A stretch of DNA of 64,000 nt, taken from IMG/VR virus record IMGVR_UViG_3300021085_002380; one strand, written 5' to 3'. A program made the position numbers and the translations under genes. The notes below the pieces were generated by a model, which made no database searches, had not been told where the DNA came from, and saw only the letters and a list, made by a program, of their open reading frames with translations. Below are positions 46,229 through 55,945 of the stretch, piece after piece; position 1 is the first letter of the stretch; every line of letters starts with the position of its first letter. This DNA comes from a virus.

Positions 46229-46636
46229 ATGAAGGTTGGGTTTACAGCATCAGCGTTTGATTTACTGCATGCAGGACATGTACAAATGTTAAGAGACGCA
46301 AAAGAACAGTGCGATTATTTAATTTGTGGTTTACAAATCAATCCAACTTTAGATCGCCCTGATAAGAACGCTCCCGTGCAAACTGTGGTTGAGCGCTATA
46401 CGCAATTAAAAGCTATAAGTTACGTTGATGAGATCATTCCGTATTTGACAGAAGGTGATCTTTGTGATATATTATCAATGTACCATATAGATATTCGTAT
46501 CCTCGGAGTTGAGTATAAGGAAAAAGATTTTACAGGTAAAGACATTTGCCGTAAACGTGGTATAGATTTATATTTTAATAAACGGGATCACCGTTTTAGT
46601 ACAAGTGATTTAAGAAAGAGAGTTTGTAATGACTGA
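46229..46636 (+). CDS. Glycerol-3-phosphate cytidylyltransferase-like (TagD)
   Basis: FDLLHAGH, RDHRFSTS. Confidence 0.88.
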   Translation: MKVGFTASAFDLLHAGHVQMLRDAKEQCDYLICGLQINPTLDRPDKNAPVQTVVERYTQLKAISYVDEIIPYLTEGDLCDILSMYHIDIRILGVEYKEKDFTGKDICRKRGIDLYFNKRDHRFSTSDLRKRVCND

Positions 46637-46808
46637 TGGACCATTTAAGAACGCGTTTGATGCTGATACTGACGGCGTAATCAGACGTGAAATTATTACA
46701 TATCGTATGCGTAACGGCAGTATGATTAAAGAAGAAGCAAGCCGAGACTATTATACGTCAGGCGACTATCATGATAACCAAAACGTTAAACCGTTGGTGC
46801 AACGATGA
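46629..46808 (+). CDS. Hypothetical protein (59 aa)
   Basis: MTDGPFKNAF...; overlaps both neighbours. Confidence 0.55.
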   Translation: MTDGPFKNAFDADTDGVIRREIITYRMRNGSMIKEEASRDYYTSGDYHDNQNVKPLVQR

Positions 46809-46987
46809 GTGACGAGCAATGGGAAATGGATTCAGAAATGCTGAACCAACTACATAACACTGCGCGTATTATGGAACAACATGATAATAACGCTGGTCCT
46901 GAAGTTAGACGAATTGCAGACCGCTTTAGTGAACTAATTAAAAACGCTCATAATAGGAGACATTGGTGTAATGGAAACGAAAGATAG
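46805..46987 (+). CDS. Hypothetical protein
   Basis: Coupled ORF. Confidence 0.55.
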   Translation: MSDEQWEMDSEMLNQLHNTARIMEQHDNNAGPEVRRIADRFSELIKNAHNRRHWCNGNER

Positions 46988-47087
46988 TAAACATCTAATT
47001 TTTGAACGCGTAGGTAATATTGTTTACGCTCGCTATTTTGGCGACCCTCCCCTAAGTCGTTGGGTCTATAAGGAGTTGGAAGAATAA
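46971..47087 (+). CDS. Small hypothetical protein (38 aa)
   Basis: AGGAG RBS; LIFERVGNIVYAR. Confidence 0.45.
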   Translation: METKDSKHLIFERVGNIVYARYFGDPPLSRWVYKELEE

Positions 47088-47248
47088 TGTGGATATTATT
47101 TGTCATATCGTTTATTCCAGAATATAATGATTATAAAGTTGTAGAGTTTAACCGTTATAATACACGGCAGCAGTGTGATATTAACCAAGCAGTGTTACGG
47201 GCAACTTTTGAGGATAATGAATTAACGGCGTGCGCATGGCAAAACTAA
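47087..47248 (+). CDS. Small hypothetical protein (53 aa)
   Basis: MWILFVI...C...C. Confidence 0.45.
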   Translation: MWILFVISFIPEYNDYKVVEFNRYNTRQQCDINQAVLRATFEDNELTACAWQN

Positions 47249-47958
47249 GAAAATTTATATTTGACGTTGACGGAACTCTTACTCCTAGTCGTGCAAAAAT
47301 AGACTTCCATTTTGAAAAATGGTTTTGGGGTTTTATCCAAACAAACAAAACATGGCTTGTTACTGGCAGTGATTATCCAAAAACATTAGAACAGCTCGGC
47401 AAAAACATTTGCGAAGAAGTTGTTACTGTTTATAATTGCAGCGGAAACGAAACAAGATTTAAAGGCAAGATTGCCAACGCATCAAGTTGGACATTGCCAG
47501 ACACCGCTCGTCATTGGTTAGAAATGGAACTCATTCGTTCACCATTCCAACCACAAACTGGTAATCATATTGAAGAACGCCGCGGTTGTGTTAACTTTAG
47601 CATTGTAGGACGTAACGCAACGCCAGAACAAAGAGAGCAATATGTTAAGTATGACAAAATAAACAATGAACGCCTGCATATTTCTAGAACTTTCAATTAT
47701 GTGTTTGGTTCTGAAAGTACTTGTCTTACCGCTCAAATTGGTGGCGAAACTGGTTTAGACATTTATCCTATTGGTAGAGATAAAGCTCAAATCGTTCAGG
47801 ATTTCAGTATGGATGATGAAATTTATTTCTTTGGAGATAAGATGGAAATTGGTGGAAATGATTGGCCTCTCGCCAACACTCTTAAAGACTATCCTAATGC
47901 TAAATGCTTTCAAGTTAAGGATTGGCAAGATACGTGGGAAATTTTGAAAGGACTTTAA
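47236..47958 (+). CDS. HAD-IIB phosphomannomutase (eukaryote PMM-like)
   Basis: FDVDGTLT, VTGSD, NFSIVGR, IGG..GLD, FFGDK...GGND. Confidence 0.88.
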   Translation: MAKLRKFIFDVDGTLTPSRAKIDFHFEKWFWGFIQTNKTWLVTGSDYPKTLEQLGKNICEEVVTVYNCSGNETRFKGKIANASSWTLPDTARHWLEMELIRSPFQPQTGNHIEERRGCVNFSIVGRNATPEQREQYVKYDKINNERLHISRTFNYVFGSESTCLTAQIGGETGLDIYPIGRDKAQIVQDFSMDDEIYFFGDKMEIGGNDWPLANTLKDYPNAKCFQVKDWQDTWEILKGL

Positions 47959-47959
47959 T

Positions 47960-48133
47960 ATGTGGTTTAAAAAGAAAAATGATGTGTACGAAATTGACTT
48001 TGATAAAGATGTAGCTCCGGTTAACTTACCTAAACCTGATATGACGATGGAACAGATGGTGGCGGAAGTACTCAAAAAAATAGACAGTATTGAAAAAAAG
48101 ATTGACAAAATTCTCGCTAAATCTCCTAAATAA
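47960..48133 (+). CDS. Hypothetical protein (57 aa)
   Basis: RBS AAGGA. Confidence 0.5.
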   Translation: MWFKKKNDVYEIDFDKDVAPVNLPKPDMTMEQMVAEVLKKIDSIEKKIDKILAKSPK

Positions 48134-48153
48134 CAAATAAAGGAGGTGGCCGC

Positions 48154-48399
48154 ATGTTTACAATAGAAATGGACATGGAAGAAACGTTAATCACTCTACT
48201 TGATCCTGAAGGAAAAGAAGAAGACGTTCAATTTATTTTATACGAAGACATTACATATATTCGACAATGGTGTGAAGAGACGCAAAGGTTTTCCGTGATA
48301 GCATTAACTGCAACTCAGTTTAACCAGCTTATGCATTCTTTTGACTTACCTGAAGGCACATACATGTTACAAAAGAAAGGATGGAACTCAGAATGGTAA
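48154..48399 (+). CDS. Hypothetical protein
   Basis: AGGAGG RBS. Confidence 0.65.
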   Translation: MFTIEMDMEETLITLLDPEGKEEDVQFILYEDITYIRQWCEETQRFSVIALTATQFNQLMHSFDLPEGTYMLQKKGWNSEW

Positions 48400-48641
48400 T
48401 AATATACGGTAAAAGCGCTTGCGGCTTCTGTTTACGTGCTAAGAAGCTCGCCGAACGGCATGGCCTAGAATATGAATATAAGAGTGTTGACTTCGACCAA
48501 TACAGAACAGAAATGTATGATTTAAAACCTGATGCTGAAACAGTTCCACAAATTTGGTGGAATGATAAGTATCTTGGTGGATACAACGAGTTTGCGATGG
48601 AAATTGAAAACACTCGTAATTTTGGTCAAGACGCATTTTAA
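48393..48641 (+). CDS. nrdC: Glutaredoxin
   Basis: CGFC, TVPQI, GGY. Confidence 0.88.
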   Translation: MVIIYGKSACGFCLRAKKLAERHGLEYEYKSVDFDQYRTEMYDLKPDAETVPQIWWNDKYLGGYNEFAMEIENTRNFGQDAF

Positions 48642-48704
48642 CTATTGACATTTTCTTTCAACTATGGTAGATTGATTCTATCAAATGAAAAGGAATACAT
48701 TATG
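48638..48704 (+). promoter_or_regulatory. Early promoter cassette (repeat family)
   Basis: TTAACTA-TTGACA-17-TAGATT-GATTCTA...AAAAGGAAT. Confidence 0.8.
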
Positions 48705-48944
48705 ACATACACAGTTGAACTTGATATCTCCCACGAAGCAACACATGAAGAAGTTGTTCAATTTGCAACTGAACATGGTTGCCGCGTAATGATGAGGATT
48801 GAAGAAGGTCCTGCAGGAGGAAATCCTCTTTACACATTTGCATCTGAAACTTTTGATATGCTCCAAGAATTGACCGAACAAGTACTTGGCTCAGGCCGCG
48901 GGCTTGATGAGGAACAAATTAAAACTATGATCGTGGAGGTATAA
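48702..48944 (+). CDS. Hypothetical early protein
   Basis: GPAGGNP motif; start at 48702. Confidence 0.65.
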   Translation: MTYTVELDISHEATHEEVVQFATEHGCRVMMRIEEGPAGGNPLYTFASETFDMLQELTEQVLGSGRGLDEEQIKTMIVEV

Positions 48945-48946
48945 GA

Positions 48947-49291
48947 TTGTCTATGCATATGATACGTGGTGTTCAAATCCACGGAAATACTAAAAAACGT
49001 AAAAACAAAAGCAAACGGTTGCTAGCCGCAGAGGCTGAACACGAGGCTTTTTTAGCACGCGTAGGGTACACTGGTAAGAAAGCTGATTACCGTTATGAGC
49101 TACCCAATTATAATACTGGACCTCGCGTAACCTCTGATAAGGTTGCTGGCAACGGTTCTAAAAAAGAAACTGTAAAATATACTGGCAACGAAATCGCAGG
49201 TATTGTAACAACTCACAAATCTAATCTGATGCCAGTACGTAAAGATAACAAGCAGTCAATTATAGATGCTGCTCAAATGAGGAGAAGTTAA
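48947..49291 (+). CDS. Basic hypothetical protein
   Basis: YTG..IAGI.T.HKSN..PV...MRR. Confidence 0.65.
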   Translation: MSMHMIRGVQIHGNTKKRKNKSKRLLAAEAEHEAFLARVGYTGKKADYRYELPNYNTGPRVTSDKVAGNGSKKETVKYTGNEIAGIVTTHKSNLMPVRKDNKQSIIDAAQMRRS

Positions 49292-49447
49292 TTGTGGGCA
49301 ATAATTCAGAAACTTATTTGGGGTCATATTTGCAGTTACAAAATTCTCTGCACTGATATCATCAAAGGACCTAATAAAAAATTGCTACGTAAGTATACTT
49401 TGCAATGCAAAGAGTGCGGTAACATTAAAACAAAGGTCGCAAAGTAA
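49292..49447 (+). CDS. Small Cys/His zinc-ribbon-like protein (TTG start)
   Basis: GHIC...CKECG; GGAG RBS. Confidence 0.4.
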   Translation: MWAIIQKLIWGHICSYKILCTDIIKGPNKKLLRKYTLQCKECGNIKTKVAK

Positions 49448-49481
49448 CATATAAATAATCCTATTACTATGGGGTTATTCT

Positions 49482-49916
49482 ATGTGGCATTACAAAGGTG
49501 AGGAGTTTACCTCAGAGATGATTGGTGATTATATTGGCTTTGTTTATATAATCACAGATAACTCTAACGATAAAAAATATATCGGTAAAAAGATTTTCAA
49601 ATCAAAAAGAAGACTTAAACCTTTGAAGGGCAAGACCCGCCGAAGAACTAAGATAGTAGAGTCTGATTGGCAAAAGTACTATGGCTCGTCAGAAGAAGTC
49701 AAACTTATGGTAGAAGAAAAAGGCCCTGATAACTTTTACCGAGAAATTATACACCTTTGCGATAAGAAAGGTGAAATGGGCTATCTCGAACTTTACGAAC
49801 AAATTACTCGTCACGCATTGCTAGACGATTCATACTACAACGGCATATGCCAAGCTAAAATCCATAGAAGTCATGTTAAAGGATTAAAATGGCTCATGGA
49901 CGATAGTAATGGTTGA
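49482..49916 (+). CDS. GIY-YIG nuclease
   Basis: GFVY...KKYIG...E...YYN; late promoter at 49450. Confidence 0.8.
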   Translation: MWHYKGEEFTSEMIGDYIGFVYIITDNSNDKKYIGKKIFKSKRRLKPLKGKTRRRTKIVESDWQKYYGSSEEVKLMVEEKGPDNFYREIIHLCDKKGEMGYLELYEQITRHALLDDSYYNGICQAKIHRSHVKGLKWLMDDSNG

Positions 49917-49969
49917 CATTTCTATTAAAATAGATTATATTAATCTAGAATCAGTTAATGGAGAATGTT

Positions 49970-50200
49970 ATGATTATCAAAAGAAAAAGCGCCTTTTCAG
50001 GAATCGTTCGCTCAAAGGATATCCCTGTTGATCCTAAAGACTTCGCTCAGTTTGAAGCTGGGTATGGAAGTATGGAAGACTTACTCCCTTATTTGTCAGA
50101 CGAAGATCGTGAATTCATTCTTTCAGGTATGACTCCTCAAGAATGGAAAAACGCGTTCTCTGAAGAAATTATGAATATCGTTGAGGACCAATTTGCATGA
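49970..50200 (+). CDS. Hypothetical protein
   Basis: PYLSDEDREFILSG; early promoter 49913-49941. Confidence 0.65.
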   Translation: MIIKRKSAFSGIVRSKDIPVDPKDFAQFEAGYGSMEDLLPYLSDEDREFILSGMTPQEWKNAFSEEIMNIVEDQFA

Positions 50201-50871
50201 TCATGTTATTTAATGGTCCTCCTCGGTCAGGCAAAGATGTTGCAGCTGATTATTTCAAAAAGCAAAAAGGTTGGAAACACCTTTCATTTAAATACCAACT
50301 CTATAAAGAAACTGCAAAATACTTTGGCATTAATTATGATTGGTTTATGGAACGCTATGATGATCGCTCTGTAAAAGAGGTTCCTCATATGGATCTAGGC
50401 CATATGTCTTGCCGTGAGGCAATGATTTATGTTTCAGAAAAAGTAATTAAACCTAAACGTGGTTTGGATTACTTTGGCTTGCAAGTTGCAAACGAAATAG
50501 ATGTTACTAAGGATTATGCAATTTCTGATGGTGGTTTTATTGATGAACTCATTCCTGTTATAAATAGAGTTGGATCCAACAATTTCGTATTAGTGCAGCT
50601 TACACGTGAAGGCTGCGATTATTCAACGGACTCTAGGCGTTATTTTGACGGTAACGTTATTCAAGAGTTCACTAACGAAAAACAGACCGCAATCAATAAA
50701 AAATATGTATTGCCTTATAAGTTTGAAGTTGACACTTACAGAATCCATAACAATGGAAATCTTGAAGACCTTCATAATGTTTTAGAAGCAATATATAAAA
50801 AGGAAGGACAACGTGGACAAATCAGCAAACAGAACAGAGACTCAGCGTTATCTGAAGAGTGTTTTCAATGA
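50197..50871 (+). CDS. Deoxynucleoside monophosphate kinase-like P-loop protein
   Basis: NGPPRSGKD, ISDGGF..E, I.NNG. Confidence 0.75.
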   Translation: MIMLFNGPPRSGKDVAADYFKKQKGWKHLSFKYQLYKETAKYFGINYDWFMERYDDRSVKEVPHMDLGHMSCREAMIYVSEKVIKPKRGLDYFGLQVANEIDVTKDYAISDGGFIDELIPVINRVGSNNFVLVQLTREGCDYSTDSRRYFDGNVIQEFTNEKQTAINKKYVLPYKFEVDTYRIHNNGNLEDLHNVLEAIYKKEGQRGQISKQNRDSALSEECFQ

Positions 50872-51052
50872 AAATCCTTATGATATTGAAACCTTTTTTG
50901 AAGGCCTTGAAATCATGGCAGATAATGGAAAAGAACTATTCTTTGTAGACAGGGTTTTATCAAGAATAAGAAAAGACCCTACTATTGATTTAGCTACGGC
51001 CACCTTTGAAGTATTAAGAGATTACGAAACGGTAAAGTTGGTATTTAAATAA
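50813..51052 (+). CDS. Hypothetical protein
   Basis: GTG start with RBS. Confidence 0.55.
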   Translation: MDKSANRTETQRYLKSVFNENPYDIETFFEGLEIMADNGKELFFVDRVLSRIRKDPTIDLATATFEVLRDYETVKLVFK

Positions 51053-51074
51053 CATATATAAAGTGAGATAGATT

Positions 51075-51332
51075 ATGACAAATGATGAAATGAAAGATAG
51101 CCTGCACCAAGGCATGTGTAAAGTTGTTTTTACAAAAAAGAATGGTGACGAACGCATTATGCATTGTACCCTTCAAGAATCAATGTTACCAGAGCAAATG
51201 GACATTGAAGAAGAAATTCAAAAAAAGAAACCAAACCCTGATGTCCTAGCAGTATGGGATGTTGAAGCCAAAGGTTGGCGTTCATTCCGTTGGGACTCAA
51301 TTAAAGATTTTAGTACGGAGTTTAATCTATGA
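51075..51332 (+). CDS. WYL_2/SH3-like beta-barrel protein
   Basis: FTKKNGDER...TL...WDVEAKGWRSF. Confidence 0.8.
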   Translation: MTNDEMKDSLHQGMCKVVFTKKNGDERIMHCTLQESMLPEQMDIEEEIQKKKPNPDVLAVWDVEAKGWRSFRWDSIKDFSTEFNL

Positions 51333-52291
51333 GCTGTATTTACCAAGGTAAAATTATTGAAACAGAACAGTCCAAAAATTCATTAGGTGGAACTGAAATG
51401 ATGCGTCAGCGCGTTATTGATAATGTGCAAAGTGATATCTTGCAGGATTTTGCTATTCACTTCTCACGCCCTCGTGAAATGTACACTAACGTAAAAAACA
51501 TTATGTACTGCCACGACTTGGCTGAAGATCCTGAAAACAAAGTTCTTACAAATAACGGATGGAAAGAATTTGACCATTTTGTTTTCGTAACAGCGTGGCA
51601 ACGAGACATGTACATTGCTTATTATAACATTCCGTACTCAATGTGTTCAGTAATTCCTAATGCTGTTGAAAAGCCTTATAATCCAAAACTTGATAAAGAT
51701 GCAAATGAAATCCGTTTGATTTATCATACCACTCCGCATCGTGGTCTTGAGCTCTTATATCCAATCGTAGACGCATTGTCTAAAGATTATCCAAACATTC
51801 ATCTTGATGTATATTCTTCCTTTGCAATTTATGGGTGGGTTGAACGCGATGATCCGTATGTTGAATTGTTTACGAAAATCCATGCTCACCCTAATATGAC
51901 ATATCACGGCTCAGTTTCTAACGAAAAAGTACTCTCCGCATTGGATAAATCTCATATCTTCCTATACCCAAACATTTGGAAAGAAACATCTTGCATTGCG
52001 TTGATTGAAGCAATTAAGAGTGGCTTGCTTTGTATCCATCCAAATTATGGTGGACTAACTGAAACCGCAGCTAACGCAACAATTACATATGATTGGCATG
52101 AGGATCCTAACGTCCATGCTAATCGAGCTTTTTCAGTTGTAAAGCAGGTATTGGATATTCAAAAGCAAGATCCAAACTTCATTCCAAAGTTTACAACGTC
52201 AGACCGCTTTAATTTAGCACGGAACAGTATAAATAGTTTTGCGAATAGTTGGAACAGACTGCTCCAAGATTTAAATAACGATGGAAAATAA
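51329..52291 (+). CDS. GT-B (family 4-like) glycosyltransferase
   Basis: GGTE, HRGL, ETSCIALIEA. Confidence 0.85.
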   Translation: MSCIYQGKIIETEQSKNSLGGTEMMRQRVIDNVQSDILQDFAIHFSRPREMYTNVKNIMYCHDLAEDPENKVLTNNGWKEFDHFVFVTAWQRDMYIAYYNIPYSMCSVIPNAVEKPYNPKLDKDANEIRLIYHTTPHRGLELLYPIVDALSKDYPNIHLDVYSSFAIYGWVERDDPYVELFTKIHAHPNMTYHGSVSNEKVLSALDKSHIFLYPNIWKETSCIALIEAIKSGLLCIHPNYGGLTETAANATITYDWHEDPNVHANRAFSVVKQVLDIQKQDPNFIPKFTTSDRFNLARNSINSFANSWNRLLQDLNNDGK

Positions 52292-52294
52292 GTT

Positions 52295-52657
52295 ATGTCT
52301 AATGTTATAGAATTTCCTATAAAGGATAAAGTTAACGCGTCTGCAAAAACACGCGAAGAACTTCAGCAAACTATTGTTGACTATAAAGAAGAAATAGCTG
52401 AAGAAGCGTCTGAATATTTGTGGAGAAATCTCCTTGGTGAAATGTCACGGATGGGATGTGATTTTGATAAAGAAATCAAAGTGCATTTTCCATCCATGGT
52501 ATTAGTACTTGAATCAATTAGGTCCTTACACCTACAAGCTCATGGTGTCCACCATCCACTGCAAGATTTTGCAACAGAATTTGTTGATGTTGAAGAAATA
52601 GAAAATTTTGAGGCAGAAGCTAAAAAAATGGTTGACATTGACGAAGAGTTAGATTAG
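52295..52657 (+). CDS. Hypothetical protein
   Basis: MSNVIEFP. Confidence 0.65.
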   Translation: MSNVIEFPIKDKVNASAKTREELQQTIVDYKEEIAEEASEYLWRNLLGEMSRMGCDFDKEIKVHFPSMVLVLESIRSLHLQAHGVHHPLQDFATEFVDVEEIENFEAEAKKMVDIDEELD

Positions 52658-52697
52658 AATAGTAAGTATTAGATAAAATTGAAACAGAGAAAATAAA

Positions 52698-53558
52698 ATG
52701 GCAATTCTAGTAGATTACAACCAAGTTATCCTTGCTTCGCTATTCGCAAGCATCGGTAACCATCATAATGTGGACATTGACGAAAATCTTATCCGTCATA
52801 TGTTCCTAAATTCAATCCGGTCTAACCGTAAAAAGTTTACCGAACAATATGGAGAAATCGTAATATGTGCTGATGGCAAAAATACATGGCGTCGTGAGCT
52901 ATATCCTTATTACAAAGCTAATCGTAAAAAGTCTCGTGATGAGTCTGAACTTGATTGGACTCAGCTATTTGGTATTATGAATACCATCCGAGATGAGCTT
53001 AAGGAATTCTTTCCATACAAAGTTATTCATATGGACCATCTTGAGGCTGATGATATCATTGGTACCATCATCCATGAAAACGGTGCTATCTTAAACGGCG
53101 GTGCAGAACCTTTCTTGGTTCTATCCGGTGATAAAGATTACATCCAATTACATACGTATGCTAATGTGGATCAGTTTGACCCAGTTCGTAAACGTTGGAT
53201 CCGTAATGACAATCCTGACCAATATTTGGTTGAGCACGTCTTAAAAGGTGACACTGGTGATGGTGTTCCGAATATTCTTTCACCAGACAATTGTTTAGCT
53301 GTTGGCCAACGCCAAAAACCTATGACCAAAAAACGCCTTGAGCAATTCCGCAATGGCACGGATGGTATGGATGAAGAAACATTACGACGCTATCACCGTA
53401 ATAAAACCATGATTGATTTGTCTCAAATTCCGGCAAATTACCAAACAGCAATTCTTGAAGAGTACAGCATTGACAAAGAAGTTGGTCGTTCAGAACTCTT
53501 TAACTTTTTTGTTAATCGCAAACTCAAAAACCTAATTTCAGACATACAGGATTTTTAA
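52698..53558 (+). CDS. rnh: T4-type RNase H / 5'-3' exonuclease
   Basis: YKANR, EADD, SGDKD, GDTGDGVPN. Confidence 0.95.
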   Translation: MAILVDYNQVILASLFASIGNHHNVDIDENLIRHMFLNSIRSNRKKFTEQYGEIVICADGKNTWRRELYPYYKANRKKSRDESELDWTQLFGIMNTIRDELKEFFPYKVIHMDHLEADDIIGTIIHENGAILNGGAEPFLVLSGDKDYIQLHTYANVDQFDPVRKRWIRNDNPDQYLVEHVLKGDTGDGVPNILSPDNCLAVGQRQKPMTKKRLEQFRNGTDGMDEETLRRYHRNKTMIDLSQIPANYQTAILEEYSIDKEVGRSELFNFFVNRKLKNLISDIQDF

Positions 53559-53999
53559 ATGGCAGTTAGAAGATCAATTTCAGAAATCATAAATAAAGCA
53601 ATAGAAATACCAGTTAAAAAAGATAAAGCAGCGTGGCTTCAGGAAAACGAATCCGCTCCGCTAAAAACTATCCTCAAATATTGGTTTGACGAATCTATTG
53701 AGTTTTTGATTCCTGATACACCACCACCTTGGAAAAAGAACGAATACGAAGACGAAGCTAAAAGTTTGTTATACCATGAAGCACGTCGACTTAAGATCTT
53801 TGTCAAAGGTGGAGGGTATGATAATCTTAACCAAATCAAGCGTGAAAGTTTATTCATTAGCTTGTTAGAAGATGTTGATAATGATGACGCTGAAATGCTA
53901 TGCAAAATGATTACTAGAAAATCGCCAAAAGGATTGTCCTTAAAGACAGTCATGACGGCATTTCCTGACTTAATTGAAATTAAAGAAACAGTATCATAG
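53559..53999 (+). CDS. Conserved T4-like hypothetical protein
   Basis: KRESLFISLLE...A motif; follows rnh. Confidence 0.7.
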   Translation: MAVRRSISEIINKAIEIPVKKDKAAWLQENESAPLKTILKYWFDESIEFLIPDTPPPWKKNEYEDEAKSLLYHEARRLKIFVKGGGYDNLNQIKRESLFISLLEDVDNDDAEMLCKMITRKSPKGLSLKTVMTAFPDLIEIKETVS

Positions 54000-54008
54000 G
54001 AAAGACTA

Positions 54009-54182
54009 ATGGCTAAAAGTTTTAAAGAGTTCCGCGAAGATTGGGAACACGACGAATGGGGTCACAACGAAGAACGGAGCGTACGCAGTAAGGAAAAGCG
54101 TATGAAAAACCGTCGTGATAAAAAGAAACTGAAACGGCAAGAAAGAAATTCCCATCTTGATACTGAAGAACAAAAAAGGTAA
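54009..54182 (+). CDS. Small charged protein (57 aa), CTS-like start
   Basis: MAKSFKEFRE; AGGA RBS. Confidence 0.6.
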   Translation: MAKSFKEFREDWEHDEWGHNEERSVRSKEKRMKNRRDKKKLKRQERNSHLDTEEQKR

Positions 54183-54194
54183 TTCTTTTTCATA

Positions 54195-54267
54195 TTAACT
54201 ATTGACATTTGAGTACAAATAGGTTATATTGATTCTATAAGGTAAAACAAAAGGAATCAATCTTATG
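54195..54267 (+). promoter_or_regulatory. Early promoter + RBS cassette (repeat family)
   Basis: Near-identical to 4376-4447. Confidence 0.85.
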
Positions 54268-54657
54268 GGTACTTCATCAATGATCGCAAACTACAACGAA
54301 GACGGCACAGTTACAGCAACATATTGCCATTACGATGGTTATCTTGCTTACAACGGCCGTCTTCTTTTTGAAGCCTATAACACACCTGAGAAGGCTAAAG
54401 CAGTAGCAAATGCTGGTTATATCTCAGGTCTGAAAGAAGACCTACAAACATCTTTAGATGAGTCGGTCCATTCAAACCAATCCCCTGTTACATACAATTC
54501 AGTTGAAGACTTCCTGGCAAACGGCCGTGAGTTTGCTTGTGCTGATTATCTTTACCTGTTTGACGGAGACGCATGGTTCTATGCTTCAACGCCTGCCCAG
54601 GAAGGTACATGGTTAATGGAAGAAGTTGAAATGAATTTAAATGAGGTAGCTGCATAA
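54265..54657 (+). CDS. Hypothetical early protein
   Basis: YCHYDGY...G..L...Y.YLF. Confidence 0.7.
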   Translation: MGTSSMIANYNEDGTVTATYCHYDGYLAYNGRLLFEAYNTPEKAKAVANAGYISGLKEDLQTSLDESVHSNQSPVTYNSVEDFLANGREFACADYLYLFDGDAWFYASTPAQEGTWLMEEVEMNLNEVAA

Positions 54658-54718
54658 TAACTATTGACATTTGCTCGCGAATCAGATAGATTGTATATAT
54701 CAACAAAGGAAAATGAAA

Positions 54719-54991
54719 ATGAAAAAGTTAAACCAAACAACACTGAAAACAATCCGCAACGCTGACAAGGATACACTTGACGCAATTATCGCGGAAGTCA
54801 AAAACCGTCAACGCCAAATGCAGCGTGAAATCGGAAATGCGTTCAACGTCGGAGATAAAGTTTGGTTTGACGCAAATCGTCGTGGTCGCATTGAAGGTAT
54901 GATTTCAAAAATCAACCAAAAGACTATCGTCGTTAAAACACCTACCGTAACTTGGAAAGTTACACCATCACTATTAAAGAAAGTAGCCTAA
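54719..54991 (+). CDS. Hypothetical SH3-like early protein
   Basis: Behind promoter 54664-54692; VGDKV.F...G...KINQK. Confidence 0.65.
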   Translation: MKKLNQTTLKTIRNADKDTLDAIIAEVKNRQRQMQREIGNAFNVGDKVWFDANRRGRIEGMISKINQKTIVVKTPTVTWKVTPSLLKKVA

Positions 54992-54992
54992 T

Positions 54993-55604
54993 ATGTATAA
55001 CCGTTCTAATGAAACAATTGCTGATAAAGTCATCCTAGTTGACGTTGACGGTGTACTCCTTGACTGGGAGTATGCCTTCACAGGTTGGATGCAAAAGCAT
55101 AACTATGAAATCCAAGAAGGTATGGAAGATCAATATGATATGACCCTTCGTTATGGACTCAAAGTTGAAGATAAAGAACGGATTGTTCGTATGTTCAACG
55201 AGTCTGCTTGGATCCGTAAACTTCCACCTTTGCGTGATGCAATCAAATATGTTCGGAAACTCCATGAAGAACATGGATATGTGTTCCGAGTAATCAGTTC
55301 ATTGAGTGACTGCTATTACTCTCAACATCTTCGGACTAAAAACTTGATTGAAATGTTTGGTCCTAGTGTCTTTGAAAACTTTGTCTATCTTGACACAGGT
55401 GCCGATAAAGATGATGCTCTTGAGCAGTATCGTGGAACCGGTTGCTTTTGGGTTGAAGATAAACCACAGAATGCCGACCTTGGCTCTGAGCTTGGTTTGG
55501 AAGCAATCCTAGTTAATCACCATCATAATGAAAATGTTGAGATTAACCCTGCAACCACTCGTGTAAATAATTGGAAAGAAATTTATGAATTAATCGCTGG
55601 ATAA
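54993..55604 (+). CDS. HAD 5'(3')-nucleotidase-like protein (T4 30.2-like)
   Basis: DVDGVLLDW, WVEDK. Confidence 0.8.
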   Translation: MYNRSNETIADKVILVDVDGVLLDWEYAFTGWMQKHNYEIQEGMEDQYDMTLRYGLKVEDKERIVRMFNESAWIRKLPPLRDAIKYVRKLHEEHGYVFRVISSLSDCYYSQHLRTKNLIEMFGPSVFENFVYLDTGADKDDALEQYRGTGCFWVEDKPQNADLGSELGLEAILVNHHHNENVEINPATTRVNNWKEIYELIAG

Positions 55605-55673
55605 CTATTTTGAATTATAAATAGTTTTAACAATGAAATAGATTATGAAATAATTTGAAATAGAGGAGACTTC

Positions 55674-55910
55674 ATGCCGACTTATACGTTTGAAGATACA
55701 AACACTGGTGAAATATTTGACAAAGTTATGAAGATTTCAGATAGAGATCTTTTCCTCGAAGAAAACCCTAATATAACTCAAAGAATTGGACGGCCACCGT
55801 CAATAGGTGATGCCGTGCGTCTCGGGCGATTGAAGCCTGACGACGGTTTTCGTGATGTGCTTCGTAATGTTCAACATCATCATAAAAAGGATAACATAAA
55901 CACTTGGTAA
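55674..55910 (+). CDS. FmdB-like small protein
   Basis: MPTYTF...TGE; late promoter at 55616. Confidence 0.65.
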   Translation: MPTYTFEDTNTGEIFDKVMKISDRDLFLEENPNITQRIGRPPSIGDAVRLGRLKPDDGFRDVLRNVQHHHKKDNINTW

Positions 55911-55945
55911 ACCGTTGTGTTATTCGGATATAACAAGGAGGTTTC

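Noticed and set aside
50559-52235. Intragenic TATAAATA matches (50559, 52228; also 16734, 28758)
   Set aside because: Inside coding sequence in AT-rich DNA; may be real but cannot be supported without TSS data.
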